From positions 155,496,001 through 155,560,000 of the forward strand of contig NC_042999.1 of NCBI RefSeq assembly GCF_006345805.1: a DNA stretch of 64,000 bases. The letters run 5' to 3'. The DNA is from Octopus sinensis (lineage: Eukaryota). This document shows positions 27,120 through 40,121 of the stretch, one piece after another (within the stretch, counting starts at the first letter, position 1; the number at the start of each line of letters is the position of its first letter). The notes beneath the pieces were generated by a model. That model was not told the DNA's origin. It was given only the letters and a program-made list of their open reading frames with translations, and made no database searches. The translations under genes and the position numbers were made by a program.

Positions 27120-27367
27120 ACTTATGAATATGTCATGATAAATAGAAGAGACATTGAATTGCTCGGAGGTCAATAATGCTGCTAAGGCGGTCCTGCATGA
27201 AGGTTCTTATCTATCACTTCTGTGACCCTCCCCTACTCGAAAAGCGGTGATGGGTTGTTTATGTCCCTGTAACTTAGTGGTTCGGCAAAAAGACCGATAT
27301 AATAAGTACCGCAGTTCAATGACTAAAAGAACAAAATGTATATGAGTGTGTACATACCCACCTCCAT

Positions 27368-27964
27368 CCCTCCATCCATCCATCCATCCATCCATCCATC
27401 CATCCGTCCGTCCGTCCGTCCGTCCGTCCGTCCGTCCGTCCAACCGTCCGTCTATCCATCCATCCATCCATCCATCCATCCATCCATCCATCCATCCATC
27501 CGTCCGTCCGTCCGTCCGTCCGTCCCTCCGTCCGTCCGTCCAACCGTCCGTCCGTCCGTCTATCCATCCATCCATCCATCCATCCATATAGGATCATATA
27601 TATATATATGTATACATATATGTATGTACACACACACACACACATACACAGATACACACACAGACACACACAGATACACACACAGACACACACATACACA
27701 CACACACGCACACACACACTCACACACGCACACACACACACACTCATATATAAACGCTTTTCTCGTTATAACGGAAACAATTTGATGTTAAATTGAAGTA
27801 TTACTCAATATTTTTTAGTAGTCAACATATTCATTAAACTTTTACAATGGCTTCGAGCGAAGTGTGATGCGTATGCACGCATGTGTTATATTCATACATA
27901 TATATTTATATATCACGTATATGTATGCATGTATGCATCTATCTATCTATCTATTCTATTCTAT

Positions 27965-28033
<69 letters not shown>

Positions 28034-28041
28034 TATTCTAT

Positions 28042-28074
<33 letters not shown>

Positions 28075-28143
28075 TCTATTCTATTCTATCTATCTATCTT
28101 CTATCTATCTATTATTCTATTCTATCTATCTATTCTATTCTAT

Positions 28144-28180
<37 letters not shown>

Positions 28181-28185
28181 TCAAT

Positions 28186-28216
<31 letters not shown>

Positions 28217-28326
28217 CTATCTATCTATCTATTCTATTCTATCTATCTATCTATTCTATTCTATTCTATCTATCTATCTCTATCTATCTATCTATCTATC
28301 TATCTATTCAATTCTATCTATCTATC

Positions 28327-28364
<38 letters not shown>

Positions 28365-28742
28365 TCTATTCTATTCTATCTATCTATCTATCTATCTATC
28401 TATTCTATTCTATTCTATCTATCTATCTATCTATCTATCTATTCTATTCTATCTATCTATCTATCTATCTATCTATTCTATTCTATTCTATCTATCTATC
28501 TATCTATCTATTCTATTCTATTCTATTCTATTCTATCTATCTATCTATCTATCTTTTTTCCCTTTTACGATCCCTTTTGATCGAAAACCTACGCCACCTT
28601 TTTTTTTTGTTTCTTTTGTTTTTTGTTTTTTTCATCCCCCAAAAGAAAAGCTCTACCTTGTAACTTGTCCCATCTGTGTGCAGCCCTGTGTGGCCAATAA
28701 AGAAACTTATCTATCCATCCATCCAGCCGTCCGTCCGTCCGC

Positions 28743-28815
<73 letters not shown>

Positions 28816-28881
28816 CGTCTATCTATCCGTCTATCTATCCATCTGTCTATCTATCTGTCTATCTATCTATCTATCTATCTG

Positions 28882-28951
<70 letters not shown>

Positions 28952-28975
28952 CATCCATCCATCTATCTATCTATA
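27368..28975. repeat. Microsatellite field: (TCCA/TCCG)n, (CA)n, compound (TATC/TATTC)n, (TCTG/TCTA)n
   Basis: Direct reading. Confidence 0.95.
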
Positions 28976-29146
28976 TTTATTTGTGTGTGTGTACGCACGG
29001 CTCGAATACTCATTCACACAAAATACTTGTACATGTGCGTGACAAAAGCAACACCTCTCGTTAAACCATCGCAGATTATCTCTAAGGTAACAACTAAAAC
29101 GGCTGCAACAGTATTAAATAACTAACGACATTAACGTGTATACGTA

Positions 29147-29179
<33 letters not shown>

Positions 29180-29735
29180 TAGAGATAGATAGAAACAGAG
29201 AGACAGACAGAGTGAGAGTACGTCTGTTCATTTAACTGCTCCAGTAGCGAGGTAAAAAGCAAGCAGGGGTGCTAGCATGAACAGGGTAGGCAAGACGGCA
29301 TCACAACAAACCAACCAGCGTGTCTATATTCCGCACCCCCCACACTACTTCTCATTACCATACAAGCTACAACAACAATAAAGCTACAACAATCACAAAA
29401 CTACAGCACTACGTAAGCTAGTCATTCGTTGAAATAATGTTAAGGAGCTGAAAGCTCATAGTTTCCTTTCTGTACTACATTTCTAACTAAAAACAAAACA
29501 GTTATCGTATATACATATATTTATATACGAAAAGACATTGCTCTGTTTGTCTAACTTGACAACAATTAACTAAAGGGCTTTCCGCTCTCTGCCTTTTTAT
29601 CTTAACCTGGGTTTTTGTACTCTGTAAGAATGGATTACCGAAATTTGAGTTTCTGTGCAACTCTCCTTATTGCACTTTTTACGTCGAGTAAGTATTATTA
29701 TTACTAATATTATTATTATTATTATTATTATTATT

Positions 29736-29809
29736 GAGCGAGAGAGCAGTGCATGCCTTCAAAATGACACTAGGGTAAAATATACGAAGCCCAGTATACC
29801 AATCATATG

Positions 29810-29842
<33 letters not shown>

Positions 29843-30081
29843 GAGTGAGAGAGCAGTTCATGCCATCAAAGTGACACTGGGCTAAAATGTACGAAGCCCA
29901 ATATACCCATCATGACTACCCGTCTGATAAGGGTACACCAGGCACATGCATCACAACCATATGTGCGCGACATGGTGATCTCATATCAAGATAAACAGCG
30001 CATGACCTTGCAGGTGGGGCCCAGTTAGAATTTTCTTCAGGTTGAGTAGCCCATCCCGCTCAAAAGGTCCCTGAATAAGGG

Positions 30082-30083
<2 letters not shown>
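29736..30083 (-). mobile_element. Two 5'-truncated copies (75 bp and 240 bp) of the (TAA)n-embedded retroposon
   Basis: Both begin on + with ATTGAG(C/T)GAGAGAGCAG and are flanked on both sides by (ATT)n. Confidence 0.85.
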
Positions 30084-30136
<53 letters not shown>

Positions 30137-30295
30137 TATTATTATTATTGTTGTTGTTGTTATTGTTATTATTATTGTTATTATTGTTATTCTTTGTATA
30201 CTCGTCGTTGTTCAACATTCCACTTGTCCCTTGTATTGTACTGTCCCTATCTGTTTTGTGTTCAGCCCTTGTTATAATTATTATAATCATTATTA

Positions 30296-30700
30296 AGGGC
30301 GGCGAGCTGGCAGAATCGTTAACAAGCTGGACGAAATGCTCAGCGGTATTTCGTCTGCTGCCAGGTTCTGAGTTCAAATTCCGCCGAGGTCGACTTTGCC
30401 TTTCATCCTTTCGAGATCGATAAATTAAGTACCAGTTACGCACTGGGGGTCGATGTAATCGACTTAATACGTTTGTCTGTCCTTGTTTGTCCCCTCTATG
30501 TTTAGCTCCTTGTGGGTAGTAAAGAAATAGGTATTTCGTCTGCTGCCACGTTCTGAGTTCAAATTCCGCCGAGGTCGACTTTACCTTTCATCCTTTCGGG
30601 GTCGATAAATTAAGTACCAGTGAAACACTGGGGATCAATGTAATTGACTAGTCTCCTCCCCCACAATTTCAGGCCCCGTGCCTATAGTAGAAAGGATTAT
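30296..30700 (+). mobile_element. SINE family B dimer
   Basis: Junction AAAGAAATA-GGTATTTCGTCTG at ~30520-30543. Confidence 0.88.
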
Positions 30701-31746
30701 TATTATTATTGGATAAAATATCTTGTGCTTTTTTTTAATCAGATTTTTGACGTTCCGAGTTCAAATCCTGTTGAAGTCGGCGTTGCTTTTCATCTTTCTG
30801 AGGACGATGCAAATTATATCAATCAATCTCAGGAATCGATATAATCAATAGTCTCCAACTCCGCCACTAATTTCGGGTCTTGTGCTCCCCCCACCCGAAA
30901 AACAGAATAAGAGAAGGGGTGTTGTAAAATCATTAAAGGGTCGGTCAAAATGTCTTGCAGTATATATTTCGGTGCTGAACGCACAGAGTTCAATTCCTGA
31001 TGATGTCAATTTGGTTCTTTCGGGGTCGATACATTAAAGTATCCTTGATATACTGTGGCATAGCTATGACGCGCCACCCGGGGTAGCCTTTGATTTTTCC
31101 GCCCCTGCGTTGCTCCTTAAATAGGATCACACAGTAGACCCTAAAAGGCCGCCTCACTGAAAGTGCTGCTCAAGGCGGCCCGCCTCGTGTCCCAACTAGG
31201 CACGCTACGGTTGATATAATGGAGTTGTTACACTCTATTAGACCCAAAGTCTGGTCTTGTCTCGGCAATCCTTCGGTACTCACCCACACGACCTTCCCTC
31301 GTGACAGATAAAGAAGCTAGACTGAAAAAGAGGGTGAATGATGTTGTCTCCTCATACCGACAGTCTGTAGACCAAAACCGAAAGATCTCCCGGCCTTTTT
31401 TATTACACCATGTTGCTTTCCTCTTATTTTAATAATTTTATTTTTCATTAGAGATTCGGATTAGTGTCATACCAAGAAAGTCATTTAAAAATAAAATTGA
31501 TTTTATTTTAATTATAACAAATATATAACAAATTTTAAAATTGAATGTTTCTTTAAAACGCGCGCGTGCGTGCGTGTGTCTGTGTTTTTTTTTTAAATAG
31601 CGGATCTACCTGAAGAACGAAACATGACGTCTTTTGTTGGACTCACTAATTTAATGAAACAATTCCAAACTATTACAAATCAGTTTATTCCAGTGTCTGT
31701 CTGTCTGTCTGTCTCCCGTCTGTCCTCCCCTTCTCTTCCCTTGTCT

Positions 31747-31800
<54 letters not shown>

Positions 31801-32047
31801 TGTGTTTGTGTATACCTATACACACATCATGAGTATAAACTGTGGACAAAAGGTAAAAGTTTACATACCAAACATGTTTGCTGTATGTCACAACACACTG
31901 CTATTTTGTGAATTAGTTTAACCTACCTCCCTCCCTAGCTCCCCCACCCTCCATACCTACCTACCTACCTACCTGCCTACTTTCATACCTTCCTACCTGT
32001 CTTTACATACGCTACCTTCAGACCTTTTAGCCAATATTTACCACCAC

Positions 32048-32085
<38 letters not shown>

Positions 32086-32296
32086 TAATAATAATAATAA
32101 AACAGCTATTAATATTACACAAAACCCTGTGTCACTGTTGTGTGCTTCTACACAATACAAATCGAAAAATTCTTTCAGTCACGACAAACATCCATGGCTA
32201 GAAAAAAGCACATCTCAACATGGCAATAAATTTTCGTGTTTCAAACTTTCTTATATTTATTTATTATTATTATTATTGTTATTATTATTATTGTTA

Positions 32297-32334
<38 letters not shown>

Positions 32335-32498
32335 GGAGAAAGCTGTGCTGTTGTTTTTTCCTCGCCTCGATTATTTTCAAATCTTATTGAAAAAAAAGAT
32401 CTTAGCAACGGCTGGCTGAGCGCTTTTATCCAGTGTCAGACACATCTATACTTATTATATATTGTTGTACACAATAAAAGCACAGACACACACACACA

Positions 32499-32529
<31 letters not shown>

Positions 32530-32619
32530 CAAAAGATGACGGGAACAGGGGGTGCGGGGTGGTGCACTAGTACCTCCTAAAATTCTGTGGGGTGTGTGTG
32601 TGTGTGTGCAAAATTCAAT

Positions 32620-33440
32620 ATTTATTTCTTTATTGTCCAAAGAGGCTAAATATAGAGGGGATAAACAAGGACAGACAAAGGGATTAAGTCGAAATTTTGA
32701 GGGTGGGGGCCAGTCGATTAGATCGACCTCAGTGCGTAACTGGTACTTAATTTATCGACCCCGACAGGATGAAAGGCAAAGTCGACCTCGGCGGAATTTG
32801 AACTTAGAACGTAGCAGTAGACGAAATACCTATTTCTTTACTACCCACAAGGGGCTAAACACAGAGAGGACAAGCAAGGACAGACAAACGGATTAAGTCG
32901 ATTATATCGACCCCAGTGCGTAACTGGTACTTTATTTAACGACCCCGAAAGGATGAAAGGCAGTCGACCTCGGTGGAATTTGAACTCAGAACGTAGCAGC
33001 AGACGAAATACTGCTAAGCATTTCGCCCGGTGTGCTAGCCTTTCTTTTCTACTCTAGACACAAGGCCCGAAATTTTTGGGGAGGGGGCCAATCGATTAGA
33101 TCGACTCCAGTACTCCACTGGTACTTAATTTATCGACTCCAAAAGGATGAAAGGCAAAGTCGACCTCGGCGGAATTTGAACTCAGAACGTAGCGACAGTT
33201 GAAATACCTATTTCTTAATTACCCACAAGGGGCTAAACACAGAGAGGACAAACAAGGACAGACATAGGTATTAAGTCGATTACATCGACCCCAGTGCGTA
33301 ACTGGTACTTAATTTATCGACCCCGAAAGGATGAAAGGCAAAGTCGACCTCGGCGGAATTTGAACTCACAACGTAACGGCAGACGAAATACCGCTAAGCA
33401 TTTCGCCCGGCGTGCTAACGTTTCTGCCAGCTCGCCGCCC
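32620..33440 (-). mobile_element. SINE family B tandem array (4 units)
   Basis: Head GGCGGCGAGCTGGCAGAAACGTTAGC (A-box-like), B box GAGTTCAAATTCC, central GCCTTTCATCCTTTCGGGGTCGATAAATTAAGTACCAG; units re-enter internally. Confidence 0.9.
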
Positions 33441-34396
33441 TAATCAAAATTCAGCACTACGTACCTTTCCCAGACTTAGAAAATAGTGTTTAAAAATTGA
33501 TCTGTAAAAATGTTGCTTGAAGTTAAGTTTCTTCACATATCAAGAACAAAGAACTAAAATAAATCTAAAGAAAACCCCACAAAATTGCCAGAAAGATATA
33601 TCACTGAATTAAAGCACCCCCAACATTAAAATTTAAATTTTATATAACAACAATATAAAAACAACAACAGCTATCACGGCCACCAACTCAATACTAGCAC
33701 AATTGATGAATTATTAAACTCTACAATCAAGAGCCCTTCACAGTTCAGCTATCCACTTCTACATTTTCTTGGAATAACACAAATGAACCATCATCGTCAT
33801 TGTCATCATGTTCTACTGCTATAACCCTGACCATAACTAAACAATAGCAACAACAACAAGATCTACATTGGAAGTCACTCTTCAATACTAGAACAATTGA
33901 TGACCTCTTAACAACATAATCCCTGGCTCTTCTCCACAGTCAGGCCACTCAAGTTCTTCTCAGAATAGCGCAAGAGACCCTTCATCCCCATTGACATCGT
34001 GTTCTATTGCTATTACCGTTACCACCCCAATTAGTAAAAAAAAAATCACTCCTTTCTCTCTCCTCCCCGGCCACCACTGTCCACCTCACCCTGAATGTAT
34101 ACCTGACAGCTCCATGATAAATCTGCCAACAGTATATAAAATAAAATTATGAATACACGAAGCCCTCAAAATATGTCGCTATTCACAACACGAGAGACTA
34201 CGCATGCGCAGTGACTGTAACTTCACCCATTTACCTGGGACATGACGCACAATTTGTACAAGCAATACCAACCAATGCCAAACCGCACATCTTACACCAC
34301 TACCACCATCACCACCACCATTAAATGCTAAATTACCCCTAATAATTTCTACACATGTAACCCAAAATCCTAAAAACCTGTTACTGTTCCCAACAG

Positions 34397-34731
34397 TAGG
34401 AGTGGCTGTGTGGTAAGTAGCTTGCTTACGAACCACATGGTTTCGGGTTCAGTCCCACTGCGTGGCACCTTGGGCAAGTGTCTTCTTCTATAGCCTCGGG
34501 CCGACCAAAGCATTGTGAGTGGATTTGGTAGACGGAAACTGAAAGAAGCCTGTCGTATATATATATATATATACGACAAATTGGCCGAATCGCTAGAATG
34601 CGTTGCGAGATGTATTCCAAGTGATCTTAGTTCAAATCGCGCTGAGGTTAACTTAATCTTCCCCCAGGTGGTGCTATTAAGTTAGACATGGCCTGGGCCA
34701 ATAATGGCCGAAACCTATCAAAGTATCAAAG

Positions 34732-34764
<33 letters not shown>

Positions 34765-34985
34765 GTGTGTGTATGTTTATGTGTCTGTGTTTGTCCCCCC
34801 AACATCACTTGACAACCGATACTGGTGTGTTTACGTCTCCATAACTTAATGGTTCGGCAAAAGAGACCGACAGAATTAGTACTAGGCTTACAAAGAATAA
34901 GTGCTGGGGTCGATTTGCTCGACTAAAGGCGGTGCTCCAGCATGGCCGCAGTCAAATGACTGAAACAAGCAAAAGAGTAACACAA
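34397..34985 (+). mobile_element. SINE family A with extra sequence inserted in its internal (TA)n
   Basis: 5' module 34397-34560, a family-B-like remnant at ~34580-34670, 3' module 34750-34985. Confidence 0.8.
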
Positions 34986-35929
34986 AAGACTATGTCCGAT
35001 GTGTGACTGTCCCTTCACTCATCTTCCAGGGATTCGATACCCTGGTAAAAGTATGACACCAAACCACCTCTAAATCCACAGTAGAAACATTCATGCCGTC
35101 CTCTAAAGAATTTGAACTCAGAACGTAGCGGCAGACGAAATACCTATTTCTTTACTACCCACAAGGGATGAAAGACAAAGTCGACCTCGGCGGAATTTGA
35201 ACTCAGAACGTAGCGGCAGACGAAATACTGCTAAGCATTTCGCCCGGCATGCTAACGTTTCTGCCAGCTCGCCACCTTCTCGAGCTTAAATATCGCTGAG
35301 GTCAATTTTGCCTTTCATCCCTTCGGGAGCGATAACATGAATTACCATTCAAGTTCTAACTGGGGTCATTGTAATCGATTAAGCCCCCCTCCCTTCAAAA
35401 TTACTGGCCTTGTGCCAAAATTTGGACGAAACTGTAATGCATGCACTCGTGGAATGCTGGAATACTACTGACTTGTGGAGTTCTCTATCGAACAGCTGTT
35501 GACGCGTGTAGGACATCTGACAATCGGCTGAGGACCGCCCCACCAACCAACTTTAACACGGTTGTGTTTCTCTGTTCAGTGGCTGAACCGCTAAGTGACG
35601 GGGACGTAAACACACCAGCATCGGTTGTCAAGCAATGCTAGGGGGACAAACACAGACACACAAACATAAACACACACACACACACATATATATATATACA
35701 TATATACGACAGGCTTCTTTCAGTTTCCGTCTACCAAATCCACTCACAAGGCATTGGTCGGCCCGGGGCTATAGCAGGAGACACTTGCCCAAGATGCCAC
35801 GCAGTGGGACTGAACCCGGAACCATGTGGTTGGTTAGCAAGCTACTTACCACACAGCCACTCCTGCGCCTATGTATAATTTTATCTCATTCACCCTCCTC
35901 TCCCTTTACTTTCCCTCATCTTCCCTACA

Positions 35930-36537
35930 CTAATTGTTAAGATCAAGCAACCGACAAGCAAATCTGTGTACATGTTAACACTTCCAATCAGTTAAGATCA
36001 GAAACCATGAAAGCCATTACCTGGTATTGTAGCTGAACGCATTTTTATTGTTATTGAGTGAGGGAGCAGTGCATGCCATCAAAGTGACACTGGTGTGCAA
36101 ATATACGAAGCCCAATGTACTCATCATGACTATTCATCTGATAAGTGTACACCAGGCATATACATCACAACCATATGTGCACGATATGGTGATCTAATAT
36201 CAAGAGAAACAGAGCATGGCCTTGTAGGTGGGGCCAAGTTAGAACTTTCTTCAGGCCTAGTAGTCCATCCCGTTCAATAGGTCCCTGAATAAGGTTTGTT
36301 TTAAGGATGATGAACGAAACACCCATGTTTCCAGAGATGAATTATTCAAACCTCTAAGAATTCCTCTCAACACATGGCTATGATGCTCTCCCACTGCTCC
36401 TGCTCGGGATCAGAGATGCACATATTGTCGGCGACTAAAAGACATGCTCAACTGGTTAAGGTTAATCAACAGACAAGCAAATCTGGTATTGAGCAGAATA
36501 TTTGCTGTAGCCCATCTTTTATACCAAGACAAAACAA

Positions 36538-36568
<31 letters not shown>

Positions 36569-36979
36569 GAATGAGAGAGCAGTGCATGCCATCAAAATGA
36601 CACTGGGGTAAAATATACGAAGCCCAGTATACCCATCATGACTACCCGTTTGATAAGGGTACACTAGGCACATGCGCACATGCATCACAACCATATGTGC
36701 GCGACATGGTGATCTCATATCAAGATAAACAGCACATGACCTTGCAGGTGGGGCCCAGTTAGAATTTTGTTCTGGTTGAGTAGCCCATCCCGCTCATAAG
36801 GGTTGTTTAAGGATGTTGAACGAAACACCCATGTTTCCAAAGGTGAATTATCCATTCCTCTAAGAAGTCCTTTCAACACATGGCTATGATGCTCCCCAAC
36901 TACTCTTGCTCGTGATCAGAGATGCACATATCGTCAACCATCAAGGGACATGCTCAGCTGGTTAAGGTCAAACAACTGA
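35930..36979 (-). mobile_element. Tandem cluster of three further copies of the (TAA)n-embedded retroposon
   Basis: Partial copy 35930-36045 and copies 36056-36540 and 36569-36979, separated by (ATT)n. Confidence 0.85.
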
Positions 36980-37130
36980 ACGCCTGTCGCTGCGTTCAAA
37001 TTCCGCCCAGGTCAACTTTACCTTCCATCCTTTCAGGGTTGATAAAATAAGTATCAGTTGAACACTGGGGTTGATGTAACCGACTCATCCCCTCCCCCCA
37101 AATGGCTGCCCTTGTGGAAAAATTTGAAAC

Positions 37131-37161
<31 letters not shown>

Positions 37162-37715
37162 GAGTGAGAGAGCAGTGCATGCCATCAAAGTGAGACTGGG
37201 GTAAAATATACGAAGCCCAGTATACCCATCATGACTACCCGTCTGATAAGGGTACATCAGGCACATGCATCACAACCATATGTGCGTGACATGGTGATCT
37301 CATAACAAGATAAACAGCACATGACCTTGCAGGTGGGACCCAGTTAGAATTTTCGTCTGGTCGAGTAACCCATCCCGCTCAATAGGTCCCTGAATAAGGG
37401 TTGTTTAAGGATGTTGAACGAAACACCCATGTTTCCAGAGGTGAATTATTCAAACCCCCCAAAATTCCTCTCAACCCATAGCTATGATGCTCCCCCACTA
37501 CTTCTGCTCGTGATCAGAGATGCACATATTGTCAGCCACTAAGGGACATGGTCAACTGGTTAAGGTCAAATAACTGACAAGCAAATCTGTGGTATTGAGC
37601 AGAATATTTGCTGTAGCCCATCTTTTATACCAAGAAAAAACAATGTACATGATAACACTTCCAATCAGTGAAGATCAGAAGCCACGAGAGCCACTGCTTG
37701 GTACTGCATCAGGGC

Positions 37716-37719
<4 letters not shown>
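37162..37719 (-). mobile_element. Unclassified ~560-bp (TAA)n-embedded retroposon, longest copy
   Basis: Same sequence at 29736-29810, 29843-30083, 35930-36045 (partial), 36056-36540 and 36569-36979. The 3' end ...GCACTGCTCTCTCACTC(AAT)n is constant and the 5' ends vary. Confidence 0.85.
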
Positions 37720-37776
<57 letters not shown>

Positions 37777-38250
37777 GTTTGATGAAAACTTTTAGCTTGT
37801 TTTGCTGCTATCTACAGCCATCAGACTAAGGTGACACTTGTTTACTGATCATGCTTCAAAAGCTTTTCGGAAAACCCTTGCACTTCCAAGCAATGATGAC
37901 TTTTGTAGGTGTTCTATCTTTACATTTGTACCAATCTTTTTGAGCCGTGTTTGTAGTTGAGTACTAACACATCGTTGTCTGTATCCTCCGACTGGCACGC
38001 CATTTGCATCAACTGGAATGCTCCGATAGTAACACTCCATAATCACCACGTTTACTTGTTTACTCCACTTTTGTCTCGCAACGTGGTTAGCAGTGGCTGG
38101 ATTACGACCGGGCCCTCCCTGCTGCACAATGGGACACCTGTCAGATGCGGCACCTTCATCATTAGTTCCAGTCCTATCCACACCGTTATCTTTAGCTATT
38201 TGTGCTTCACATTTTCACTCATAAAGGAGTTGCGCTTTTAGGTTACCACC
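37777..38250 (-). mobile_element. Internally deleted R4/Dong-like (RLE-type) LINE with (AAT)n tail
   Basis: One 110-aa ORF (37849-38181) joins an N-terminal motif RQKWSKQVNVVIMECYYRS..P....GYRQR to a C-terminal motif IEHLQKSSLLGSARVFRKAFE, both typical of R4/Dong proteins. Short 3' UTR, then (AAT)n at 37719-37776. Confidence 0.75.
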
Positions 38251-39161
38251 AACCGGCGAGCTGGCAGAAACGTTAGCACGCCGGGCGAAATGCTTAGCGG
38301 TATTTCGTCTGCGTTACGTTGTGAGTTCAAATTCCGCCGAGGTCGACTTTGCCTTTCATCCTTTCGGGGTCGATAAATTAAGTACCAGTTACGCACTGGG
38401 GTCGATGTAATCGACTTAATACCTATGTCTGTCCTTGTTTGTCCCCTCTGTATTTAGCCCCTTGTGGGTAATAAAGAAATAGGTATTTTAATTGAGACAC
38501 CATCTCTATCTAACAAGGTCGCCCACCAAGGAGGAAGAGGCCTTGTTCCCTTCGTTTTGAAACCAGAGTGGTCCTTCACCTAGGTCGATTGCCATCCAAG
38601 GTTAACGACCTCAGCCTACCCGGAGCACTGGTGATTTGAAAGCACCAGACATTCGTCTTCTGCTAGTTCGGTGAAGGCTTGATTCTAGTTCGGCGAATGC
38701 TTTAATAATAGTGATAATAATAATAATAATAATAATGATAATAATAATAATTAGAAGAAGAAGCAGAATCTGTTTATAAGAACTATATATTTAGATAGAT
38801 TCTCGACAGTTGTGTTGATATTTGACACTTTTGTTTACAAATCTCCAACTTAGATATCCACATTCTAATATTACAAACCAATGAGTAACATCCTCCTCCA
38901 TCGCCCAACGTGACTACTTGACATGCTAAAAATAGCAGCCAAACCTCACCGCAAATTAAACCCCGCTGTTTACAAAACGATACAGAGGCATTGAGTAATG
39001 TTTTCCTAGGTACACCATACGCCCGAAAATAGGAAATATGGGTTTGTTAACGATTAGTCATAATAAGTCTGTTGGGTTAGACTAAACTAAAACGGTAAGG
39101 AATTTATATTTCCGTTTTAATCCAGCGAATCATGGGCGTTATGAATGCGCATCGTCTAAAA

Positions 39162-39780
39162 CAGTGGGTTCCCAACCGGGGTCAATATGACCCTTGTGGT
39201 TCCATATAAGATTTTGTTAAAATTTATGAGCAATAAATTACTTACAAAATATTTTAATTTTTTAAATACAATTCCTAATACAGGTACCAAACCTCTTATC
39301 CAGCAACCTTGGGATCGGAGGTGATCCAAATTTCTGGAGTTTCCGGATTTCTGATTTCCCGGAATTCTGGATTTTCCAGATTTCTGGACATAGGCTAAAT
39401 ATATAGCGAAAATATAAAACAAACAACGAAAAGTAAAGAACAAAATTGTGTAACATATACAAATTAATACATTTCTAAAGCAGGCTCTGTTTGATCTGGC
39501 GTCGTGTGGTGACGTATACGGCACGGAAACCAAAACAAAACGGCCGCGCGGCGAACTACTACAGCCCGCAAAATTCTAAGCTGGCCAGTTTCAAAAATAG
39601 CCGGATTTCTGGTAATTCCGGATTTATGAATTCCGGATAAGAGGTTAGATACCTGTAATATTCAATTTTAGAAGTACAGTAATATATATATTTTTTAATT
39701 CAGTGAATGGCCATAGAGGTCCAGTAGAATACAATAGAAATCAAAGGTGTCCATAGGTAAAAAATGATTAAGCACCACTG
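39162..39780. mobile_element. hAT (Charlie-like) MITE containing a nested MITE
   Basis: Termini CAGTGGGTTCCCAACC and ATTAAGCACCACTG (degenerate TIR); 8-bp TSD-like flanks GTCTAAAA / GTCTAAGG. Confidence 0.6.
39281..39655. mobile_element. Tc1/pogo (Tigger-like) MITE nested in the hAT MITE
   Basis: TA on both sides; TIRs CAGGTACCAAACCTCTTATCC / GGATAAGAGGTTAGATACCTG; internal TCCGGATTT repeats. Confidence 0.75.
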
Positions 39781-39890
39781 GTCTAAGGGGAGATGTTCTC
39801 CGATGACGAAAAAACAACGGTGATAAGATATTCACGTTTGAATCTGCTTGAACGTATTGAAAGTGGGTATGGTATCGCTTTAATCACATA

Positions 39891-40121
39891 TAGTGGGGTA
39901 CCTATATACGAACGGTTCTCTAAAAACGAACAAATTGAATAACGAAGTGTTTTTCTGAAAAAAATTAAACCCCCATAAAGAGCTGAAATTTGATGCACGA
40001 ATCACGAGCAAACAACGCGTTGAAATTTGAATAACAAACCACGTGTAGACCACGCACGCGTATACGTACTGGGAGAGCATATACGAACGCTACGCTATGT
40101 TCGTATATAGGAACCCCAATG
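39891..40121. mobile_element. TA-flanked MITE (Tc1/pogo type)
   Basis: TIRs TAGTGGGGTACCTATATACGAAC / GTTCGTATATAGGAACCCCAATG with TA flanks. Confidence 0.7.

Noticed and set aside
29277-29418. ATG-initiated first-exon candidate ending at a GTAAGC donor
   Set aside because: An in-frame TAA occurs after 34 codons, before the donor.
31053-31210. Possible MITE with CAGTGGCGTAGCTAG-type termini
   Set aside because: The termini are too degenerate, and there is no TSD or second copy in the window.
37162-37850. Shared 3' tail between the 560-bp element and the Dong-like remnant
   Set aside because: Apart from (AAT)n, the two 3' ends (...CTCTCTCACTC versus ...GTTTTCATCAAAC) show no visible similarity, so the partnership rests only on target and adjacency.
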